Shown here: piece after piece, positions 9,676 through 17,638 of the stretch | Layout of the letters: every line of letters begins with the position of its first letter | Position numbering within the stretch: the stretch's first letter is position 1 | Assembly: GCF_000018105.1 (NCBI RefSeq) | Contig: NC_009925.1 | Location: 3,930,001-3,962,000 of the forward strand | Direction: 5' to 3' | Source of the DNA: Acaryochloris marina MBIC11017 | Lineage (GTDB): Bacteria; Cyanobacteriota; Cyanobacteriia; Thermosynechococcales; Thermosynechococcaceae | DNA: 32,000 bases | Program-made: the position numbers and the translations under genes | Notes under the pieces: model-generated | Told to the model about the DNA's origin: nothing | The model's input: the letters and a program-made list of their open reading frames with translations, nothing else | Databases searched by the model: none

Positions 9676-10407
9676 ATGCTAGATGAGAATAGCAAGATTG
9701 CCCTAGTGACGGGGGCCAACCGTGGATTGGGGCTAGAGGTTTGTCGGCAATTGGCCCAGCAAGGTGTTAGCGTCATTCTCACGGCTCGTGATCGGCAGAA
9801 GGGAGAACAAGCAGCCCAACAGCTCCAGCAAGAAGGGCTTGAAGTGATGCTCAAATTCGTAGATGTTGCGGATGACCAGAGCGTGGCCCAGTTGGTGCAT
9901 GACCTAGAAGGCAATCTCCCTCATTTAGATATTCTGATTAACAATGCAGGCATAAATTTTGATTTTCAGCAGCAAACCCTAGCGGCTGATTTGAATGATG
10001 TTCAGAATACTTTGAATACGAACCTGTTTGGCGCTTGGCGCATGACCCAGGCCTGCTTACCGCTGCTAAAGAAGAGTCAGCATGGCCGCATTGTGAATGT
10101 TTCTAGTGGAGCAGGGTCGTTTGCTGGCCCCAGAGGTCTGCAGGAGCAGGGCGGGGGATTGCCAGCCTATGGGATATCGAAAGCTGCTTTGAATGCGCTA
10201 ACTGTTAAGCTCAGCCGCTCCCTACTAGAGACGGGAATTTTAGTTAATGCAGTTTGCCCGAATTTCACTGCGACTTATCCAGGAACAGAAGAGATGGGGG
10301 CGAGACCGGTTCCTGAGGGGGCCGCTGCAATTGTTTGGGCTGCGATGCTACCGGATGATGGTCCCACCGGTGGATTTTTCCGAGATGGTCAGCCCCTCCC
10401 CTGGTAG
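9676..10407 (+). CDS. Short-chain dehydrogenase/reductase (carbonyl-reductase-like)
   Basis: Motifs present are TGANRGLG (cofactor binding), NNAG, and the catalytic YGISK (YxxxK) preceded by VSSGAG. AGGAGA lies upstream of the ATG. Confidence 0.9.
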   Translation: MLDENSKIALVTGANRGLGLEVCRQLAQQGVSVILTARDRQKGEQAAQQLQQEGLEVMLKFVDVADDQSVAQLVHDLEGNLPHLDILINNAGINFDFQQQTLAADLNDVQNTLNTNLFGAWRMTQACLPLLKKSQHGRIVNVSSGAGSFAGPRGLQEQGGGLPAYGISKAALNALTVKLSRSLLETGILVNAVCPNFTATYPGTEEMGARPVPEGAAAIVWAAMLPDDGPTGGFFRDGQPLPW

Positions 10408-10520
10408 GGAGGATGTAATGGCAGATGCATGATATGAGACATGCTTCAAGTGGAAAAAACGCTGGGTCATTTGTCTCCATGGGCACCCTAGAGGTAGGTA
10501 TGACCATGAATGTTATGACT

Positions 10521-10934
10521 ATGAAAAAATCTATTTCATTTTTACTGTTGCTAACGGCCACTTGGTTTAGTGGTTTGACCCTGAGTGCTGAGGCCAGAGC
10601 TAAGTGTGTGGTTGGACAAAGGGGTGAAGTGTTATGGAAGGGGAAATGGTATCCAGCTCAGGTTCTAGATACGAGTGGTCGACAATGCTACATCACCTAT
10701 GACGGCTATAGCAGTTCTTGGGATGAGTGGGTCGGTCCGAACCGTTTTCGTCCTTATGCTCCTGCCTCCTCTAATGCGGCTTATCGAGTGGGACAATCGG
10801 TGCAGATTTTGTGGAAAGGGAAATGGTACCCCGGACGTGTATTGGACGTCAGCGGGAACCGTTACTTTATTACTTACGATGGCTACAGCAGTTCTTGGAA
10901 TGAGTGGGTTGGTCCCGCTCGACTGAGCCGATAG
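10521..10934 (+). CDS. Secreted protein with two tandem Tudor/Agenet-like (SH3-fold) repeats
   Basis: The signal peptide is MKKSISFLLLLTATWFSGLTLSAEA. Two 59-aa-period repeats follow (VLWKGKWYPAQVLDTSGRQCYITYDGYSSSWDEWVGPNR and ILWKGKWYPGRVLDVSGNRYFITYDGYSSSWNEWVGPAR). The ATG at 10521 is preferred over the track start at 10425. Confidence 0.7.
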   Translation: MKKSISFLLLLTATWFSGLTLSAEARAKCVVGQRGEVLWKGKWYPAQVLDTSGRQCYITYDGYSSSWDEWVGPNRFRPYAPASSNAAYRVGQSVQILWKGKWYPGRVLDVSGNRYFITYDGYSSSWNEWVGPARLSR

Positions 10935-10951
10935 TAGAACGTTAATGCTGT

Positions 10952-12052
10952 TCACATATCTGCAGCAATAGTTAGACAGTCATGAAACGGCGCATCCGTT
11001 TTGAAGGCTTGGGGATTAATGTGGGTGAGGCTGGCCTGATAGCCTTGCTTGTGGAGTTGTGCAATGATGCGATCGCGTTTTGGTATATCCATTTTTCCCC
11101 ACCGTCCAATGTCTGCAACGGAGTAAAAATAAGGCGGCATCAGGGCTTCATCTTGCATCACCTGTAAGAGTTGCACTCGATCGGACCAGCCCCATTCCTG
11201 GGCAAGCGTCTGCATAGAAGTGAGCCAGGTGGGATGATGCAATGGCCCTAGCCACATAGGACCGCTGAGGGTTAACGGTGGACCTTGGTGGGGGCAGGTG
11301 GCTCGGCTGAGCTGGTCCCAAGCGACGGTTTGATAGTGACCGCAGTGGTGACAATAGCCGATAAATCCCAGGCCATGTTGGGATTGGGATGCGGTGACCT
11401 GGATGAGTACCCGATAAATTTGGCCTTGAAAATAAGAGAAAATGGGCTGAATATCTTGTCCTAGGATTTGAGCTTGTTGCCAGCAACTCCCTAACAATAG
11501 CCGTAAGCCTTGTTCATGGGCAGCAGGATGCGTTCGTGCCCATGCTCCCAGTAAGCGCTGGCTATGCTTGGGGTTGTGTCCCGCTAAGGTGCGGCTATCC
11601 GTGCCCGTGATATAAAGGAGTCCACCTGCTTTAACGGTTTGTAGACAGCCTTGCAGAAAAGGGGTAGGCAAGCCAAAACTGTCCAAGTCAATGAAATCAA
11701 ACTGTTCTGGGCATTTAGGAAAGAGCTGTGCGGCTGAATGATACGAAAGCTGATACCGCTGCGGGGGCAGTTGGCTTAAATTATCGGTTAAGACAGTTGC
11801 CATGTCAGGGTTCGCATCGTTAGCCCAAATCCAATCGGCACCACTTTCTAGGGCATAGCGTTGCGATCGCACCCCACATCCGGTCATCACATCTAAAACT
11901 GTTAGGTGACCTATTTTTTGGCGATAGACAGCCGCCGCCAATATGCCTAAATCGCGGGCGGGTCGACTGCTGGGGCGAAAAAATGCTGGCCCAACTTTAA
12001 ATAGAGCTTTGCCTTCTTGGAATTGATCAGTGGCGTTCCCAGACCATGACAT
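10952..12052 (-). CDS. trm1: TRM1-family tRNA (guanine-N2)-dimethyltransferase-like SAM methyltransferase
   Basis: The motif order matches Trm1. It runs FFRPSSRPARDL, VLDVMTGCGVRSQRYALE (SAM site), IDLDSFGLPTPFL, YITGTDSRTLAGH and HEQGLRLL. It continues with a Cys/His cluster (CHHCGH...CPH), GPMWLGPL, and C-terminal GYQASLTHINPQAFKTDAP. Confidence 0.8.
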   Translation of the reverse strand: MSWSGNATDQFQEGKALFKVGPAFFRPSSRPARDLGILAAAVYRQKIGHLTVLDVMTGCGVRSQRYALESGADWIWANDANPDMATVLTDNLSQLPPQRYQLSYHSAAQLFPKCPEQFDFIDLDSFGLPTPFLQGCLQTVKAGGLLYITGTDSRTLAGHNPKHSQRLLGAWARTHPAAHEQGLRLLLGSCWQQAQILGQDIQPIFSYFQGQIYRVLIQVTASQSQHGLGFIGYCHHCGHYQTVAWDQLSRATCPHQGPPLTLSGPMWLGPLHHPTWLTSMQTLAQEWGWSDRVQLLQVMQDEALMPPYFYSVADIGRWGKMDIPKRDRIIAQLHKQGYQASLTHINPQAFKTDAPFHDCLTIAADM

Positions 12053-12097
12053 TTAAGGGGTTTGCCCCAAACAACTTAGCATCTCGCTTTAGCCTCC

Positions 12098-13003
12098 TCA
12101 CACAATATCTCCAGGATGAGCATGACATGCTACCGGCCGCTTTGAGATCAGGGATTGAGAGGGAGAGGATGATCGCTTATCAGTTCGCCTGAAATACCAT
12201 TGCCCCCATAAGACCAAGCCAGCGATTGCGATGACGCTGACCACTACTAAAATTCGATATCGTTGGGCCAAACGTTTTTGGCTAGCCTCCATGTCTTGTC
12301 GCAAGCGATGTTCAACGGCTTGAATCTGTGACTTGAGCTGAGCAATATTGGGCGAGAGCGTTTCGAGGGATTCGAGTCTATATTCTACTGCTTCATATTT
12401 GAACGCTTCTATTTGGGTGACCAAGCGGGCAAGTTGATCGCCCTGACGGGTGAGCTGCGCTTCTAAGGTATGGACGAGTTGGATCTGTTCAGACTGTTGT
12501 TGTTGCCAATGGCTATTTTGCGTATCGGACGTTTGACGCAGATGAGCCATGTCTATTTGCAACTGTTGGATGTTCTGGTCCTGATCAGACCTCGCTTGTT
12601 TGTCTTGCTGCACCTGTTGTTTGAGCTGAGTTAATACTTGCATGATGCTTTCATGCTGCTGTGTGGCTTGATCTATCCCCGCGATTTGTGTCGAGACCGC
12701 TTGGATGCTTTGGCTGCAAGTCTCTACTTGCCTTGCTAGGGTGTGATATTGCTGTTCTAGGGTCTGCCGATTGTTGTGGAGCAACGCCATCGTTGTCTCC
12801 AGGTCGAGCACCTGAGCGGATAAGAGTTCGGCTTGCTCAGTGGCGGCTGTGAGGCTTGCCTGCTGTTGCTGCATGGCCTGGAGCAGTTGTTTGACTTCAT
12901 CCACACGACAGGCTTGTTGGACGAGATGTTCGCCGCGCTCGATGCCAGTGTGAATCAATAGTTCTAATTTCTCCAGTCCTTGGAGCGTTTCTAAATCATT
13001 CAT
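12098..13003 (-). CDS. Gln-rich coiled-coil protein with a single C-terminal transmembrane anchor
   Basis: About 250 aa are heptad-like and Q/L/E-rich (about 20% Gln), followed by ILVVVSVIAIAGLVLWGQWYF and a short basic/Ser tail. Its ATG overlaps the upstream stop codon (ATGA at 13003-13000). Confidence 0.75.
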   Translation of the reverse strand: MNDLETLQGLEKLELLIHTGIERGEHLVQQACRVDEVKQLLQAMQQQQASLTAATEQAELLSAQVLDLETTMALLHNNRQTLEQQYHTLARQVETCSQSIQAVSTQIAGIDQATQQHESIMQVLTQLKQQVQQDKQARSDQDQNIQQLQIDMAHLRQTSDTQNSHWQQQQSEQIQLVHTLEAQLTRQGDQLARLVTQIEAFKYEAVEYRLESLETLSPNIAQLKSQIQAVEHRLRQDMEASQKRLAQRYRILVVVSVIAIAGLVLWGQWYFRRTDKRSSSPSQSLISKRPVACHAHPGDIV

Positions 13004-15285
13004 AGCGTGAGATGGTCAATAACGTCAGCTAAACGGGTTTGTAGCGCTTCTCCCAAAAGAATCAGCAGATCACCAGACTGATCCAATAGTTCAGGGAAAG
13101 GGACATCCTCCAAAATATCCAGGTCAAACTGTTTGCGCACGCGTAGGGCCTCATAGATTAAGCCTTGATGGTCTAGGTCCTCCGCAATCTGATGGCCTAA
13201 ACGTTGATACTCTGCTGCATCCGTCTGTTGAAGCGACTGGGCTGTGGCGACCGCGTCCCAGGAGCGGTACATGGCTCGGAAGAGTAAACACCGTAATGAT
13301 ACTTCCAGCTCTTCACCCTGTGCATGGTGTAAAATCATAGGATTGCTCAAGATATCGAAACGGTCTTGAAGCCGTTGTAATGCCGCTTGCTCCCAATCAT
13401 TGTGGTCAATCTTAGCCGCTTGCAAGAGTGCATAGGTATCGGCATATAGATGGAGTGGATCGGTTGTCAAACTCGTCAGTAAACGATGGCGGATCTCGGT
13501 TGCCCGCTCAACCGCATCGGTACCGCCCACAGCTTCTATAATCCATTGAATCGTTTGGTCAACCGCTGCAGCGTCCTCTAACGGAATCTGGTCACAGTGG
13601 ACCAATGCATCGGGAACAAGCCTAGTCATCTCGTCGACTTCCAGGCGAGTGGCCAGGACCAAGAGCCGTGCCCGCGTTCGGGTTAAGAGGGTATACCACT
13701 GGTAGGCTTGTTCGGAGGTGGGAATATCTGTCGATGTAAAGGTCGGTAAAGCGATACAGCCTTCAAATTCTCGACCTTTAGCTTGGCTGACATCTAGGAA
13801 TTCTAAGGCCCGAGTGGTGGGATAGAGCAGATCATTCAGGTGCGATCTCAACACTTTGACTTGTTGCGCTAACTCCACCCTTAAATATCGATGCTGCGAG
13901 TTCTCTTGCAAGGGAGAGCATTGCACCAAGCGCTGGAAGAAGCCCATGATGTCTGCCTGCGACTCACACACGAGCAGTCGGACGGGGTCACCCACTTCTA
14001 GGGCATCTTCAGGTTGGGCAACTGCGGCTGTAATCGTCCGTTTCCCTGGGTCACCGTGTTTCGTAATCGAGAGAAAGGGATTGGCAAATTGCAAGATGTG
14101 ACCCGAATTTCGATAGTTAGACCGAAAGGGTTGGATAGATTTGTCCAATTCTAGCTGTCCCCACTCAAAGTCAACGGGCTGAATCCGCTGATTTAAATCG
14201 CCCAGCAGCCACAAATGGACTCGGTAGGGATGATGAGTTTGCCAGGATTGGCATAGGGCAATCACGGCTTTGAGTTCTGCCAGCAGATAGTCTTGGGCTT
14301 CATCAATAATGATTAAGGTATTTTTTGCGATCGGTGGTGGTTGATGAGCGAGCCGTTGAGCCACATCAAAGCGAGACAATTGGTTGCCTAATTGGCGTCT
14401 CCAATGGTCAGGCTTAATCTTTCTCAGGAGTTGAAGGCGCTGTTGGTTGCTATGAAACTGCGCACTTTTACGTAAATTCTTTGTGTCGTGATCCAAGATG
14501 TAGGCTTGATAAAGCAGAATATCTCGATATGAGATCGCTCCCAATGTCTTCAGGTGATGGCTTTGTTTGGCTGCGGCATAAAAAGCCTCCCGCTCCTGGT
14601 CTGGAGACGCTAAACAATCTTTTAAGTCAGGGTAAAGCTGACCTAACCAGGTCGCGAAAGTCATCGGTTGGAGTCCGTGGAGCCCCTCATCTTGTTGCTG
14701 CAGATATCGTTCAATCTCTTCCATGAGCAGCGAAGGCACGATTAACGAGACCTGCCAACCTTGTCGATAATACTTACTGGCCCAGCCTGTTGCCGTAATA
14801 CTTTTGCCTGTACCTGGCGGGCTTTGAATCAGTCGCGCAGAAAACTCAGTGTTGTGCTGGGCTAAGAGGTCATGGCCCACCTGCTCCTGCTCAGGCGTTA
14901 AGACGGGTGAATATTTATACCCGGCATCATAGACCCAGGCTCGCCAATCATTACCTGTCTCGCCGTGCCAAACGTAACAAGGACAATATTGACGCTGATC
15001 ATAGTCCTGGGAGTAAGTATGGTCGTCCCGTGCATCAATACCAATGACCGTCTTATCGTAGGCATCCCTTTTCCAAATAATTCGGGCTGAATGACCAGGG
15101 ATTTTGGTCCTAGATAGGGTTTTATAGCGGCCTTGTAAAGATTTGGTATCTAGTGCATTAGGACCCGCTCGCTTATGGTCTGCCTGCATTCCTGCCAAGA
15201 TGGTCGGAATATCATCAAAAAACTGCTCAATTGAAGATTGTTTCAGATCTCTTAAAGCAGCCGGGATGAGCTTGATCCTAGTCAT
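13000..15285 (-). CDS. RelE/ParE-fold N-terminal domain fused to a UvrD/HelD-like SF1 helicase/ATPase with a helical C-terminal extension
   Basis: Residues 1-92 follow a RelE/ParE-like pattern (IKLIPAALRDLKQ ... SARIIWKRDAYDKTVIGIDARDDHTY). The SF1 motifs are LTPEQ, SPPGTGKS, LIIIDEAQD, LLGDLNQRI, NYRNSGHILQFAN, AKGREFEG and YTLLTRTRARLLVL. The last ~200 aa have no motif I recognise. The ORF is intact at 761 aa. Confidence 0.8.
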   Translation of the reverse strand: MTRIKLIPAALRDLKQSSIEQFFDDIPTILAGMQADHKRAGPNALDTKSLQGRYKTLSRTKIPGHSARIIWKRDAYDKTVIGIDARDDHTYSQDYDQRQYCPCYVWHGETGNDWRAWVYDAGYKYSPVLTPEQEQVGHDLLAQHNTEFSARLIQSPPGTGKSITATGWASKYYRQGWQVSLIVPSLLMEEIERYLQQQDEGLHGLQPMTFATWLGQLYPDLKDCLASPDQEREAFYAAAKQSHHLKTLGAISYRDILLYQAYILDHDTKNLRKSAQFHSNQQRLQLLRKIKPDHWRRQLGNQLSRFDVAQRLAHQPPPIAKNTLIIIDEAQDYLLAELKAVIALCQSWQTHHPYRVHLWLLGDLNQRIQPVDFEWGQLELDKSIQPFRSNYRNSGHILQFANPFLSITKHGDPGKRTITAAVAQPEDALEVGDPVRLLVCESQADIMGFFQRLVQCSPLQENSQHRYLRVELAQQVKVLRSHLNDLLYPTTRALEFLDVSQAKGREFEGCIALPTFTSTDIPTSEQAYQWYTLLTRTRARLLVLATRLEVDEMTRLVPDALVHCDQIPLEDAAAVDQTIQWIIEAVGGTDAVERATEIRHRLLTSLTTDPLHLYADTYALLQAAKIDHNDWEQAALQRLQDRFDILSNPMILHHAQGEELEVSLRCLLFRAMYRSWDAVATAQSLQQTDAAEYQRLGHQIAEDLDHQGLIYEALRVRKQFDLDILEDVPFPELLDQSGDLLILLGEALQTRLADVIDHLTL

Positions 15286-15403
15286 TGAGACTCAAACATC
15301 ATTGGAATACACCACTAAAGCTATCAGACCATTGTTGCTAAATTATGCACAAGGTTGATGCGTCTTCAGCACTGGATGAGAAAGGTTTAATGGCTACTTA
15401 AGC

Positions 15404-15685
15404 CTAAATTTGGGTAATGGTGTTGACCAACTCGTCTGAACTCAATGTTGTGACAATAAAAACTTCTTGCACTGTCTTGCCTGAACGAGCCAAGACTTTA
15501 AAGCCGCCCCGAATGGGAACCGAAATTCGCAGCTTCAAGTGGGGGGCGTGGCCCTTGACTCGGCTAATCACGCCGGGGGTAACGGTTTGAATGCCTGGAT
15601 AGTGAATCAATTTTCCTAAAATCTCAAGCAAGCCGGGAATATGGGTAGAGTGATTCAGCACTAATCGGCCTTTATTGCCAGACAT
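15404..15685 (-). CDS. Small conserved protein, DUF2103-like
   Basis: The 93-aa sequence (LVLNHSTHIPGLLEIL...VTPGVISRVKG...GGFKVLARSGKTVQEVFIVT) matches my recollection of the DUF2103 family. Its start lies 3 nt after the clpS stop. Confidence 0.55.
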   Translation of the reverse strand: MSGNKGRLVLNHSTHIPGLLEILGKLIHYPGIQTVTPGVISRVKGHAPHLKLRISVPIRGGFKVLARSGKTVQEVFIVTTLSSDELVNTITQI

Positions 15686-15688
15686 CCC

Positions 15689-16033
15689 TTAAGCGGCCTC
15701 CAAGGGAGCCATGGTTAAACCCGCTCGCTGGAGCTGCATATGATAGAGTTCAGCTTGTTCTTGAGGACCGACCCAAACAATGGCCTGGCCTTCGAAATGA
15801 ATTTGATTGGTTAATTCCCAAGCCTTGTCAGACGTCATATGGGGAATATAGGTCATTAATGTTTTAGCCACATGCTCAAACGTATTGACATCATCATTGA
15901 CCACAATCACCTTGAAATTCGGATAGGGTTTCCGAACCGTTTTTTGTGCCTGTTTTTCTTCAGGGCGGGTAACAGGTGTTTGCACTGCGGTGATCGCCAT
16001 GCGTGGACTATCTAGCTCAGAAAGCTTAAGCAT
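15689..16033 (-). CDS. clpS: ATP-dependent Clp protease adaptor ClpS
   Basis: The ClpS core is YPNFKVIVVNDDVNTFEHVAKTLMTYIP...AWELTNQIHFEGQAIVWVGPQEQAELY. 114 aa. Confidence 0.9.
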   Translation of the reverse strand: MLKLSELDSPRMAITAVQTPVTRPEEKQAQKTVRKPYPNFKVIVVNDDVNTFEHVAKTLMTYIPHMTSDKAWELTNQIHFEGQAIVWVGPQEQAELYHMQLQRAGLTMAPLEAA

Positions 16034-16194
16034 GAGCTTAATTATTAAAGTTAAGAAATTAATTAGTTTACATTAGTTTAGCTTGTTGATAATGAGTTGC
16101 CTATGCCTAATTACCTAAGGTGCTCGATCTTTAGCCTAAACCCAATATTTGCAAAGGGTAGGTCTGTTTCTATGACTGAACTTTGGACTACTTT

Positions 16195-17091
16195 ATGCCC
16201 ATGACTAATGTCCAGCAACTGATTCCCGGTACGCTTCGAACGCGCCTGATTCATCGAACCCAGGAGGCTAAGAAGTGTGGGGCTCTACAGTCAATTGCCA
16301 CCCACTATGAGCCAGTGATCGATGGAGAGCTGGAGTTTATGGTGCGGATTGTCTCTAACTTGGCCCGCAAGACGAAAGCCCTCAAAACCCCCAAACCCAA
16401 AAACTTTAATCCCTTCCTTCCTTACGAAGCAGATCTATTCGTATCTGATCTATCGGATCAACATCTAGTCTTATTGAACAAGTTCAATGTGGTGGATAAT
16501 CATCTGTTGATGGTGACACGGGAATTTGTCAGCCAAGATACGTGGCTTGATGCCGCCGATTGTTTGGCGTTAGCCATTGTCTTGAGTGAAATGGAAGGGT
16601 TGGCGTTTTATAACGGCGGGTGGGCGGCAGGGGCGAGTCAACCCCATAAGCATCTGCAGATGGTGCCGTTACCGTTTTTCCCCGATCGCTCTGATTTACC
16701 GATTTCACCTGTCATCACTGCAGCGGATTTACAAGGTATAAGTCAAAGTCCAGCGTTGCCGTTTGTACATGGGATCGCACCCCTGTCTCTAGACTGGACA
16801 GACACTCCGCAGGACCTAGCACTGGTGTTACTAGATACCTATTACCAACTCTTAGATGCTATTGGTTTGCCATGGCAATCGGATACTACCGAAGCGACCG
16901 GTGCTTATAACCTGCTAGTCACGAGAGACTGGATGCTGATGGTGCTGCGATCGCAACCTAGTTTCGAAGGCGTTGCCATCAACTCGTTAGGGTTTGCTGG
17001 ATCTTTATTGGTACGCAATTTACAAGAGTTAGAGCATTTGAAGCAGATTGGACCCATAACTGTCTTACAGAATGTGGGAGTTGCTTTGTAA
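16195..17091 (+). CDS. ATP adenylyltransferase / Ap4A phosphorylase II family protein
   Basis: Motifs present are GALQSIATHYE, FMVRIVSNLARK, LLNKFNVVDNHLLMVTREF and the HIT-like SQPHKHLQMVPLP. The start is ATG at 16195 or 16201; the track uses TTG at 16183. Confidence 0.75.
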   Translation: MPMTNVQQLIPGTLRTRLIHRTQEAKKCGALQSIATHYEPVIDGELEFMVRIVSNLARKTKALKTPKPKNFNPFLPYEADLFVSDLSDQHLVLLNKFNVVDNHLLMVTREFVSQDTWLDAADCLALAIVLSEMEGLAFYNGGWAAGASQPHKHLQMVPLPFFPDRSDLPISPVITAADLQGISQSPALPFVHGIAPLSLDWTDTPQDLALVLLDTYYQLLDAIGLPWQSDTTEATGAYNLLVTRDWMLMVLRSQPSFEGVAINSLGFAGSLLVRNLQELEHLKQIGPITVLQNVGVAL

Positions 17092-17325
17092 GGGGTAGTC
17101 GAGTTTGGTGACTCGCTTGATCTGGCTTAACGGGTTGGACCATCAAAGACAGCAGTGACAATGGACTCATTACCGCTTTCAGCAGGGTGGCTTGTCATGA
17201 CTCGTTACAAAATTAATTTAATTTCTTGATCGCTAAAAATCTTTCCTTGTAAAGGATCTAATGCGATAAGACTCCTGCCAAAATCTGTTGATGACATTGA
17301 TTTCTTTACATTTCATAATGCTTGT

Positions 17326-17343
17326 GTTACATTTATTTACATA
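17326..17343 (+). promoter_or_regulatory. HLR1 element (RpaB-type direct repeat) upstream of the HLIP gene
   Basis: GTTACATT-TA-TTTACATA matches the published HLR1 consensus (G/T)TTACA(T/A)(T/A)-N2-(G/T)TTACA(T/A)(T/A) exactly. It ends 31 nt before the hli ATG. An extra half-site TTTACATT lies at 17305-17312. Confidence 0.65.
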
Positions 17344-17373
17344 AGCAAATCAAGTATTTACGGAGCACTTCCC

Positions 17374-17583
17374 ATGACTAAAGGATTCACTTCAGACGAT
17401 CGCGGTTACGTTAACAGCTTTGCGGTTGAGCCTAAGACCTCCGCTCAGGAAGAGCCCGTATTTGGTTTCAACAAGAATGCTGAGCGAATCAGTGGACGCC
17501 TAGCCATGGTGGGTTTCATGTCCATCCTGCTTTTAGAACTAGCCACAAACCTCAACTTCATCCAAATCGTGACGGGTGTCTAA
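17374..17583 (+). CDS. High-light-inducible protein (HLIP/CAB/ELIP superfamily, one helix)
   Basis: FGFNKNAERISGRLAMVGFMSILLLELAT is the canonical chlorophyll-binding helix motif (ExxNGRxAM-like). 69 aa. Confidence 0.9.
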   Translation: MTKGFTSDDRGYVNSFAVEPKTSAQEEPVFGFNKNAERISGRLAMVGFMSILLLELATNLNFIQIVTGV

Positions 17584-17638
17584 CAACTGATCCAATTGAT
17601 TAGATCCTCATCTGCAAGTAGGTGGGGGTCTGCCTTGG

